Source: Eledone cirrhosa (taxonomy: Eukaryota). Taken from it: DNA of 64,000 bases. The position numbers were made by a program, and so were the translations under genes. Below the pieces are notes generated by a model. It saw only the letters and a list, made by a program, of their open reading frames with translations. It did no database searches and had not been told where the DNA came from. The stretch lies in the NCBI GenBank assembly GCA_964016885.1, contig OZ024741.1, positions 285,820,001-285,884,000 on the forward strand. Reading direction: 5' to 3'. Below are positions 11,295 to 22,865 of the stretch, piece by piece. The first letter of the stretch is position 1; each line of letters begins with the position of its first letter.

Positions 11295-13090
11295 TCAACC
11301 TGACACCTCAAGCAAAATTTGATAATACACAAACACCCACAACAAACACAAGATCAAAAGAACACACAAACAACTGAAATCGCAGATATCACACCAACAG
11401 AGACACACCCAAAAGAACACCAGCAACACCATCACCACCACAATCACTGAAACGAAAACAAGTAAAACCACAACAACAACAAAACACACAAAACTTCGCA
11501 CTTGTAAGAAGGGTCAACTAGGAATTAATGGTCCTTATAGCACGAAGACAAGAAATCGAGAAAGAGGTAGAGATTTTGGGAACGAGCACATTTCGCATGC
11601 CAGAAGATTTATTTCTGGTACGGGTGTCGAGCGACACCCACAAAAGGATCAGGGAGAGCTATCCTAGTGACATGGGAATCCCGAATACAAGAACAAGCAG
11701 ACTGTTTACAGAAACTCCACAAAATATGGCGGTCGAATGACCCAACCTTCACATGACTCCGGGAAGTAAGTGTTCCTTTCCTCTCTCTTTTAGCCTGCCA
11801 ACATGTCAACCGTAAGAGTAGAATGATTGAATGTTTGTGGTCTGGGATCGTTCTGGAATATGGGTCACCTGCTGAACGATCTCAAGTCACTAGATATGGA
11901 TGTGACTGTGACCAGCAAGACTAATTTCCGACACACACGCACTAGCTTCGATTTCCACGACTATTAGATCTTCACATATGTTAGTCGGCCGGAAATGGGA
12001 GGTGGGAACGTCTTGAATATTGAAATAAGGTCAATCTTCCTGCACCCGGACGGTAAGTTGGTGGTCCCGGACGTGAGCATCAGTGAAGGTGGTTCCTCCA
12101 GTCTAGTGGCCGTCTACGCCTCGACTGGGTCGGACAGCTCGATTTCCTTAGGCGCCTGGAAGCGTTTCTGGGAATGTCTAACCCTTTACTGTTAACGAGG
12201 GACTGGAACAGCATCTTATACGCCTGCTGGAATTGTGTGGGAGTAGCTGATAGGAGCGGGGATGCAAAAGCTTCAAATACCTTATCAGCAAATTCCAACT
12301 GACAGTTACCGACTAAATTTTCCTAATTCGCCAATGTGGACCTGGACCAACCGCCTAGAGTCATCTAGATCGTTTATAAATAGGTTTTTAATTAGGTCAA
12401 TAGATAAGGATAGTATATGTTGTCTACATTTTCATACAGTCGCCTATTCAGAGGACACATTTGTGATCTGCATGGTTGACCTAGATAGGACAAAGATTAT
12501 TTTCTCGTTACTGGAAACAGAACATGTCCTTCCCGGCATATAAGGCTGACAGGGACCGAGTCACCACTTTAGTTAAGTGAACATTGACAGTGGGGATCGT
12601 CAACACATGTGGTGCGGGGCTCGTGAAGGAGAAATTGGAGTAATGTCGATAGGCTTTATAAAGAATGTAGCACTAGAAAAAATAGAAAGCAGAGGAGCTG
12701 GTAGCTATAGTAGACGTGGCTATTTGTAATGGCATTGCGACTGACGTGCTATCGGCGAGAATAGCATTAGACCATTTCTTCAATGCGAAGCACAAAGGTT
12801 GCATAGTCAGAGCTAATGCGCCTGCACTAAGAAACGAGGGTATGAAAGCTGTTGGATGAGCCTGTGTGGCGGAGGCGCGGTGGGTAATAAGACACGATTG
12901 GGTATTTGACGGACCGAGACGAAGGTGTGCTGAACGGTTCCAGGCAGGTTTGTGCGGCCTTTCACCATCACTTCGCTTGACTATATGGGAGGGCGGGGAT
13001 GGAGACCGTAGTGAACTTCAGTTCTTACCTTGACGACCTCCTGCGACTCTCCCCAGCCAATGCTGAATGCGGCGAAAGGCCGTTAAAGTC
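11295..13090 (+). mobile_element. Degenerate 5' portion of a Tx1/L1-like LINE (ORF1 end, APE endonuclease, linker)
   Basis: 11300-11640 is homologous to 25740-26030 (inverted). LNVCGLG at ~11827 is an APE motif I. 12730-13085 is homologous to 25330-25700 (ARIALDHFFNAKHKGCIVRA). Confidence 0.75.
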
Positions 13091-13213
13091 AGGTTTGTGT
13101 CGTTTGTTCCAGTTTCTTTCTTCCTGGTATCAACATTTGCATTTTATGTTTCTGAGCTAGATAAAATAAAGTATCAATCAGGTAGCGGGTCGATGCAATC
13201 GTCTATCCCCATT

Positions 13214-13400
13214 GGGGGATTGGCAGTATCGGTAGAGGGTCGGACGCCATGCTTTCCAGCATAGTGACGTCCATTTACGATCTGAGTTCAAATCCCGCCG
13301 GGGTTGACTTTGCCTTTCATCCTTACCGGGTCGATAAAATAAAGTACCAGTAATGCCCTGGGTAATTGCTGGCCTTGTGCCTAAAGTAGAAACAATTATT
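13214..13400 (+). mobile_element. tRNA-derived SINE (main family); older copy follows to ~13600
   Basis: A box TGGCAGTATCGG, B box GAGTTCAAATCCC, family core and tail. Confidence 0.9.
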
Positions 13401-15204
13401 TTCATTAGGGCGGCGTGTTGGTGAAATTGTTAGTACAACAAACAAATTGATTTGTTCTGTATATTTACATAGAAGTCAGTTTTATTTTTCATCTGACAGA
13501 GATCGATAAAATAAAGCACCAATCAACTACTGATGTTGAAATGGTGCTTCAAACTCCCACCCAACTCTTACTAAAAAATGCTGACCTTGTGCCTAAATTA
13601 AAAACTTCCATTTTCGTAGTGGTGGTGGTTGTTGTTTTCGGCGTGCACAGACGGGTCCTCTGGAACATGTAGAGAAAATTCTACTATTCCGATATGATAG
13701 TTAACGATTTCTTTTATAGATTCTTTTACAAACAAAGCCCTTGAGAACATCTGAATATCTATCCCTATATCTGTCGCAAACACGTAATATCTTTTAGATA
13801 TTGTTTAATTTTTTTCCGAAAAATATTGTTATATACAGATTCTATTCAACATAGATAATTCCACTGGGAAAGCAGAGAGACTTTGACAAGAAAGGAACAT
13901 AAAGCGAAATAGTCTTAGAAACCACGAAAATGACAAATGATGCAATAAAATATAAAGAAAAATTAACTGAAAGAAGTAGATGTACATAGAGACAAATTGT
14001 CGCAATCTAGCATCAGAAACCTCAGGTTTGCAAGATATGAACATAAACACTAAAGAAACCACCACAATCAACAATAATATTACTTCGAATTCAGTTACAT
14101 GAGTTTAAATTCCGCCCTGTTTGACTTTCAATTATATAATTCTGGGTTCTATAAGTATAGTTCAGGCACGTAATATGGTTTAAACCATCCTTAATATGAG
14201 ACGAAATTGAATCTATATGTTTAATTATCTTTAGTATATTCGTTGGATGATAAAAGAACCACTAGTCATTCATTAAGATTCGTATAATCGGCTACAAACC
14301 CTTTTGAAATTGTTGCCCTTGTTCTTAATAGAAATTATTACCATTCATATTAGTTGACTATCATAGTGTGATGGATTGATAAGATCATTAGAACGTCGGA
14401 TAAAATACATTGGCGTATTTCGGAAGGACTATTTACGTTTGAATTACACGTCCCGTCGAAGTCAACTTTGCCTTTGAAGTACCGGTAAAATAAAGTAGTT
14501 GGATCGATTTAATCGACTTTCCTTTTACCAAATTTCTGGTCCTGTGCTTAACTTCAGAATAGTTATTAGTTGAATGTCGGTTAAAACGCCTTGCGATATT
14601 GTGGATTTTTGTATTCTTAGACCAAATCTCATTCTTCTGAAGTTGATAAAATGAATTAACAGTGAACCACTGGTGTCGATATAATACGGGTTTTCTTCTC
14701 CCAAGTTTGATACCTCATCCTTAATCCCGGAATTATTATTATCGTTTGTCAGTGGATGTTTCTTAATTCTATTCAATATTACATTCAGAATAACATACAT
14801 GATCAGGGCTTAGAGGTGGTGATTGTAATGAAGCAATGTGTAATTTTTAGTATATTCAATACGGATAGCTTGATTCGGCAGCAGATGGAAATATATTTTA
14901 GTACAGGTCAAGCATTATGAATGAAATTAGGTAGACGAAAACTGAAAGATTTTATTGTATCTATAATTCCATGGTCCAATCGCACCACATATTACATGCA
15001 AAATATTCATCCACTCAGACATACCACATTGTGTTCCGCTGACTCGGTGTGGAAATTACTTTGAGAATGGAAATGTTTGTGGAGAAACCACCAGCCACTT
15101 TTATGTTCATCTAGCGAGCAGACGTTCAGTTAATCGTATGGTCAAAAACTTAATCTAACGAAATGTGATTCAGAGTAATGTATCTAACATAGAAATATAT
15201 AATA

Positions 15205-15390
15205 ATGGTTTCTACGTTAAGCACAACGCAAGCAATTATTCCAGTGTATTACTGGTACTTTATTTTATCGACCCCGAAGGGATGAAAGGCAAAGTTAACC
15301 TCGACGGGATTTGAACTCAGCACGTAAAGGGCCGTAACTCTATGTTGCTAAGCATGGCGTCCGACCCTCTACCGATACTGCCAATCTACC
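15205..15390 (-). mobile_element. tRNA-derived SINE (main family); older copy at ~15405-15600
   Basis: Reverse complement of the family consensus. Confidence 0.85.
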
Positions 15391-16329
15391 TAAATACATA
15401 ATAATGGTTTCTACGTTAGGCACAAGACCAGTAATTTTAGTAATTTGAGGGAGAGTAAAGTTGATTATATAAAAGCCAATACTTAAATGGTCCTTTACCT
15501 AGACTATACTGGTAGGATGAAAGGCAACAGTGACCATGGCAGGATTTGAGCTCAGAACGTAAAGAGACAGTAACAATATCCTACCCATTTTCCTGCGTTC
15601 TACCATTACACCATCCTTACACTACCATTACACCATCCTTAAAAATATATAATGGTATAACGAAAATATAAGGTAAAAACACGCTGCTATGAAATATAGA
15701 AAAGTATATATACCTGAAATATGGGATGTTGTTTTATTGCTTCTTTCTAGATATTGGTTATCCACTTTAGAATGCTTGATTACATTAGTTGAAAAGTAAT
15801 GACGGTAAAACTGTAAAGATATTCCTTTTCGTGGTGTCAATGATCCATTGCTGTTTAAATATGTTTCCCAAATAGCCAGTGAAACTTTTGAAAACAGCAA
15901 TTCTTTTCCCCATCTAATGTCTTCTCGCTTGAAAATTATTGGGTTCTACTTTCAGAGAAAATTTCAGTAATGGAATTCCTCAAGAGATTCAATTGATGAT
16001 ATAGCTTAACAATGTCTAACTATCCGTCTATTTGATTCTCGGCAACTACTTACTCACTCGTTCACCACATCAACGTCATTTGCACTGCCATATAAATTTC
16101 TAGAGCTCTTATCATTCTCATGTTTCTACTAAGATTTCTTTACTGCATGTTTTTTCATATGTGAAACATACTGTTAGAAATTGATGAGATATTCACAACA
16201 TACCTAATGTTTGATTTATTGCCTTTGGTACAATCATCACACATCGCGAAATCACTGGAAGTATTTTTCAACGGGATGATAAAGATAGCGTGCAGTGCTA
16301 AATAATCACATTCTGAAATTACTTATATA

Positions 16330-16525
16330 TACGAGGGCAATCCCAAAAGTAAGGTCTCCTTCCGATATTGCAACTTCCGATATTGCACCTTTTTCCGTTA
16401 AAATCCTGTGGATGGTGCTTCGGCAAACCTCAGGAACCAAAATGCAGAGAGCATCCAGAGTGTTCCGCCGATCTTTACGCATGTTTTCCTCGGAAGGAGA
16501 CCTTACTTTTGGGATTGCCCTCGTA
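16330..16525. mobile_element. Tc1/mariner-type MITE
   Basis: Perfect terminal inverted repeats tacgagggcaatcccaaaagtaaggtctccttccga (16330-16365) and tcggaaggagaccttacttttgggattgccctcgta (16490-16525); TA at both ends. A second right TIR lies at 16702-16730. Confidence 0.88.
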
Positions 16526-16769
16526 TATAATAACTGCGCGAAATTCGCACTTGGCGGTAGCGTTCAACGGGAGCTCCATTCTCAACGGCTGTCAAGCCAA
16601 GATTGAGCATCCCAGCGAAGCGCGCGCATGCTTGTTTGGGAGTGAAGGAAGTACCAATGCCAACATCCGTACGAGCAGTTTATCTGCGTCCCCATCGCTT
16701 TGGAGACCTTACTTTGGGATTACCCTCGTATATATATATATAACATTATATATATATATATATTCTTCT

Positions 16770-17190
16770 TTTTTTTGTCACTCAATGTATTTTGTCATCT
16801 GTCAAGTCACCAACCGCTTTAAGAAGTATTGGAAGAGTTTCAATAGGATTGAACATAATATCCAAATCACAACTGGTATCATTTGCACATTATCCTCTCA
16901 AATTCCAAACAGTCATGCCATCTCCACTTTCAATTCGGAGTACTTGGTAATTTATTCAAACTCTTTACTCACAATATTCATGTCATTTGGTATGGCTACG
17001 TTTATGATTTGACAGTATTTGTCTTTCTTGTTCAATACGACAATACCTGGTCGGTGATGCTGAATTACACTATCTGTCTTGAAATCATAATTCCTGAATA
17101 TTGTTGCTTTCCCAACCTCCTGCATTACTTTATTGTCCGAGCTTGTTTCACTGGGATAAAAATGTTATAGGCTGCTGATCACTAGGAGAT
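16770..17190 (-). mobile_element. Decayed Dong/R4-like RLE 3' fragment
   Basis: Minus-strand translation YDFKTDSVIQHHRPGIVVL..IINVAIPND..TKYSELKVEM..IPVVI, with stops. Confidence 0.75.
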
Positions 17191-17277
17191 TTGTTCCCAT
17201 ACACTCTCTCACACACACATATTCACACGCAAACACATACATGTGAATACACACAAATACATATAATACAAACATAA

Positions 17278-17319
<42 letters not shown>

Positions 17320-17749
17320 GACTGTTACCTACTTCTCAGTGTCTAATGTGTGGGTATATATATGTGTGTATATACATAAGTGTGTATAGGTATGCACGTG
17401 TGAATGTATATTTATGTATGTGAATGGAGCCCACACAAAGGATAAAACAAAGGGGAAGAAAAAAAAGAATACTAGCATCCCCTCCCTCGCCCACATTTAC
17501 ACCTCAAACTCAAAATAGACAGAAAATATCACCGGAGAAGCAACTCCTATAAGCTACAATGTCACCCTACCCACTACCACTCCCAGCACCCCACCCCAGC
17601 ATTAATCTCCCTGTCACCACCAACAACACCACTCACACCACAAGAACAGTTGAGAAAATTATCGTACACTTCTTACAGCTGCAACCATAACAATATCACC
17701 TCAATCAACAATAGCAATGACCATAACTATACTGTTATAATAGTAATAA

Positions 17750-20700
17750 TGATCTCAGTGCCAGCCAGCAAATGCACTACCCTAAGAGCGGGGCAACTTT
17801 CCACGTACCCCCAATACCAAAGCGTAACGCAAGCATGTACTGCGAGATAAACAAATAAAAATTAATACACAATACCAAATCGCTTTTCCTATGGTTAATC
17901 AGGAAGCGCGTTCCTCAGGAAGGTGCCAGCCTGAGATCGAAAAGTCCTCCTGTGGCACAAACTCTTCTCCAATTATGAACCTGGATGGTCACTTGATCGG
18001 AGATTGCCCCGACACGAGCCCTCCAGATCCACCATCCAAACCACCTCAAAAAGAAAAACTTAAAAGGATGAAATGGACCCGAGAAGAGTATAAAGAAGTA
18101 ATATATGCATATTACTATGCATTAGGTAAGCCATCACAAGACAGACACACTTTAAACTCCTACAAAATTTGGAAAACTCGGAATCAAGCTAGCAGACGTG
18201 ATATGGAGGGAAACAAGTTGGCAAATGTAAGGAGGTATATCTTCAGAAATAATAGACTCTCAGACACTGAACTAACTGTGATCAAGCAGGCTGCGGAGAA
18301 TGAGATAAATATAAATGATCAAAGAACTGAAGAATCTCCTGGAGATAGTAATCAGTCACAAGTCTTTACTGAAAGACATCCATCTGACCAAATCACAAAT
18401 AGTTTTGTAGAAATGAGAAGCCCTATTGAACCCGCTGAAAATAGCCAGGAGAGGGACTTAGAACAGTAATTGAAAACCAAACATCTGTTGAAGAACACAG
18501 GGAGACTATGAAGGAATTAAAGCAAAACATACTGTATAAATGATAGAGACCCACTTCAAAAACTCCCAATTACAATCTAAAATAGAAAACAAATAATGAT
18601 TGGTAATTCTGTGACAAAAGAAATCATAGAAGAACTAGAACCTGATCTTACCGAGTTAAATGAAATCATTTATGCATCTGCTAGAGTAATTGAAACAAGT
18701 TGTTTACCACAAAAAAAAAAGTCGAACCTTCGAGGTAAACCAATTTGAAGGAGTAGAATCGAAAGGGAGATTGACGTAATGGGGGGAGAAATATCTTTAT
18801 TGAGTGAGTTAACCGCTGGAAATGATATAAGATCCAAGAAGGTAAGAAAGCTAAAGAGAAAATATGGACTATCTTCTAGAGAAGCAATAGTTTCAACAAA
18901 ATAATCTCTGAAACAAAAAGTCCAAGTAAAAGCCCAACGAGTTCGTAGATTCGAGAAACGAAACACCTTCTACAGGCACGATAAGTTGTTCTCATCCAAT
19001 GCCAAGTCATTTTATAGAGAAGTAGAGGAGACAAAATAATTATTGAAGACCCCCACCCCACCCCCGTCCATAGAAGAAGTCGAAAACCTCTGGAGTAAGA
19101 TTTTGAAAAAACCTACACAAATTTAGAAGAACAAGCGTGGGAAGATATCTCTATAGCGGACTTAAGGGCAGCACTCAATACATCTCATAAATGGAAATCT
19201 CCTGGTAGAGACAGGGTGCAAATTTCTGGCTTTCCTCACTGCCGTACACTCACAATATACCTGATTGGATAGCAAGTGGCATTACCTACCTTCTACCAAA
19301 GTACAACGAAACCAAAGATCCAAAAACCTACGGCCCATAACCTGCTTGTCCACCACTTATAAACTATTAACCTCTATTCTCATGGAAAAAGCATGCGTGT
19401 TTTTGGAGGAGAATAATCTTTTACCCATTGAACAAAAAGGGTGCCGACGAGGTTCATATGGTTGCAAAGATCAACTTTCGATTAATTGTATGATCCTTGA
19501 GAACTCTCAAAATAAACACAGAAATCTCAATTCTGCATGAATCGATTATGAAAAAAGCCTTTGACAGCATACCACACTCATGGATTCTGAAATCACTGGA
19601 CATCTTCAAAATCTCACCTCTGATCTCAAACTTCCTGTAGCACAATATGTCATTATGGAACACAAATCTCCAATTGTCTCATTCTACTGGGGCACTGTGC
19701 TCTAGGAATATAAACATCAACTATGGTATATTCCAGGGTGACTCACTTTCACCCTTGCTTTTCTGCATAGCTTTAATATCCCTTACATCCGAACTTAATA
19801 GAACAGGGTACGGTTATAGAATTGGCAACAAAAAAATAAGCCACCTATTTTATATGGATGATTTGAAACTATATTGCAAAGATAGTGACGAACTGGAAGG
19901 CCTTTTGCGGACAGTATAAACGTTTAGCGATGACATCAGGATGGAGTTTGGACTTGACAAGTGTGCAAAAGCCACTTTCAAGAAGGGGAAGCTTGTCAAC
20001 TCAGTTGAATTGGATGCTGAAACAATCATAAAGGAACTTGAGCAGGAACAAACCTATAAATACTTAGGGATTAATGAGGGCTCTGGCGTACAGCATGCAA
20101 GTATGAAAGAGAGCATAAGGAAAGAATGTTACAGGAGAGTACGTGCAGTTCTGAGGTCAGAACTAAACGTTCGTAACAAGGTGCTAGCCATAAATTCCTT
20201 GGCAGTCTCAGTTGTCACTTATAGCTTCGGTGTGTTGAACTGGAATATGAGTGAAATCAAAAGAATCGACACCAAAGTCCGTAAGCTACTGACCTGTAAT
20301 AGGATGCACCACCCAAAAGCAGATGTGGATCGTCTTTACCTTCCTAGAACTCAAGGAGGCCGTGGCCTGATCCAATTTCAACTTGCTTACAAGACCACCA
20401 TCATTGGACTGGCCAAATACCTTGAAACAACTAGCGAGTGTATGTTGAAACTTGTTGAAAAGAATAAGAGAAGGAAGAAGCTTCATTCTATCTTGAAGGA
20501 GAGCAAAATGTATGCGACTGATCTCATGCTTGATACCCAGGCTGGACAGACTAAAGAAACTGTTGCAACTGATGCTGCTAGGCACATAAAATCACTTGCA
20601 AAAGCAAAAGGGCAAGGACAATTAGCATCAAATTGGGAGCAGAAACCTCTGCATGGCAAATATGTGACCCGTAGCAAACAAGCTGATATTGACCAAAAGC

Positions 20701-21600
20701 ACACCCATCAGTGGCTATGTAGTTCAGGGCTAAAGGCGGAGAGTGAAGGCTTCAGCTTAGCAGCCCAATATCAAAGCTTATTGACTCGTAATTACCAGGC
20801 CAATGTGATGAGAAACAGAATAAACCCAAAGTGCCGAATCTGCAATGCTGAGGTTGAAACAGTGGATCACTTAGTCTCTGGATGTAAAATTTTAGCACCA
20901 GTAGAATACAAATATTGACATCACAGTGTTGGCCAATATCTACACTGGGTAATATGTCGGCATTACAAAATCAAAGCTGAAGACAAGTGGTACAATCATC
21001 ACCCTGAGGCTGTAACTGAAGGAGAACAAGTAACAATTCTCCGGGACTTTCCTGTACATACTGACAGGACAATAAAAGCAAATAGACCTGACATCATTAT
21101 AAAAGATCAACATAACAAGGTCTGTTTATTGATAGATATGAGCATCCCATGTGATCACAATATCGCGGCAAAAGAATTTGACAAGCTACGAAAATATAAA
21201 GATCTACTTAGTGAAATTGAGAAAATGTGTCACCTCAGGGCCGTTACAATACCAGTGATTGTGGGAGGAGTGGGAATGATCAAGAAAGGAACAAAACAAT
21301 ATTTGCGAATGATTCCTGGTTTACCTTCTCTGCACGAGGTGCAAAAAATTGTTTTGACTGGTACTGCACACGTATTGAGAAGAGCACTATCTCTGTAAGA
21401 TTGATATCCCTCCTTGTCTTTACATATGCATATGCACATGTGTATATATGTATACTGTTTTGTTTTTAATTATAATCAATGTGCTGTATTAACTGGCTTA
21501 CCAATGCACACTGTGAATTTATTTGCCCTAGGTGTCAGGAAGACACTTGGCATATATCTCAGAAACAATAATGAAAGAAAATAAAAACAATAATAATAAT
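17750..21600 (+). mobile_element. Full-length but degenerate Dong/R4-like RLE non-LTR retrotransposon
   Basis: Myb-like N-terminus (17891-18469); RT fragments (RPITCL, GIFQGDSLSPLLF, YMDD, YKYLG); CRICNAEVETVDHLVSGC; RLE (RPD, IDMSIP, KYKDL); ends in (TAA)n. Multiple stops and frameshifts. Confidence 0.92.
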
Positions 21601-21602
21601 AA

Positions 21603-21995
21603 TTGTTTCTACTTTTGGCACAAGGCCAGCAAATACCCAGTGTATTACTGGTACTTTATTTTATCTACCCCGTAAGGATGAAAGGCAAAGTTAACCTCGG
21701 TGGGATTTGAACTCAGAATGGGAAGGGTCGTAACTCTTTGCGTCAAAACATGGCGTCCGACACTCTACCGATACTGCCAATCCACCGCCATTAATAATAA
21801 TAATAATAATTGTTTCTACTTTTGGCACAAGACCAGCAATTATCCCAGTGTATTACTGGTACTTTATATTATCGACCCCGAAGGGATGAAAGGCAAAGTT
21901 ACCCTCGGCGGGACTTGAACTCAGACCATAAAGGGCCGTAACTCTTTGCTGCAAAGCATGGCGTCCGACTCTCTACCGATATTGCCAATCCGCCG
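21603..21995 (-). mobile_element. Two head-to-tail SINE copies (21603-21790, 21811-21995) separated by (TAA)n
   Basis: Reverse complement of the family consensus twice; tail-to-tail with the RLE-LINE. Confidence 0.9.
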
Positions 21996-22672
21996 TAATA
22001 ATAATAATAATGCATATTTTTCGTTGAAAACAAATAATTATTTAATTGAATATCGTTTGTCAGGTCTGTCTATTACAATTTAGCATCAGTCATGCTGTGA
22101 GATAATAGAACCCCACCCTCAACTATCACTCTAAACTCCACAATTAGAGATCTCCACAATTTATTTTATAATCCAAATACTAGAGTCAGATTTGGCTCCA
22201 AAGGAGAGCATTTTAAATTGAACTTTTTTTGTAATCTATAACACAACAGAAACAGTTACAACACACAGTACAATCCATAAAGTGTATGCTTCTAAACAGA
22301 TTTATATTTTTACGTCCGAATCATTCCTCCACACTCCCTATACCCTAATCAATAAATGATTGATTTTTTTTATATTTTCAGTTTGTACAGATGAATACTA
22401 TGAAAACAAAACTCAGGGAACACACACCGACAGAATGATTAATTTGTCTACTAAATGAAGTCTGTGTGTGACTTTAATTTTGTTTGTAAATATTATATCA
22501 AAATGTACGTTTCTGAACATCAAAAGAACAAACCAATAGCAGCAGGGACATTTATATTAATAACTATTATAATGGTTGTTGTTATAGAGATGGTGATGTT
22601 GGTATTAATGATGATGATGATGCTAATGATGATAATGAGGTGAATGAGACAATACAATTATGACAATAATAA

Positions 22673-22858
22673 TTGTTTCTACTTTTGGCACAAGGCCAGC
22701 AATTCACCAGTACATTACTGGTACTTTATTTTATCGACCCCGTAAGGATGAAAGACAAAGTTAACCTTGACGGGATTTGAACTCAGACCGTAAAGAGACG
22801 TAACTATGCTGGAAAGCATGGCGTCCGACTCTCTACCGATACTACCAATTCACCGCCC
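22673..22858 (-). mobile_element. tRNA-derived SINE (main family)
   Basis: Family consensus, full length. Confidence 0.9.
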
Positions 22859-22865
22859 TTTGACA

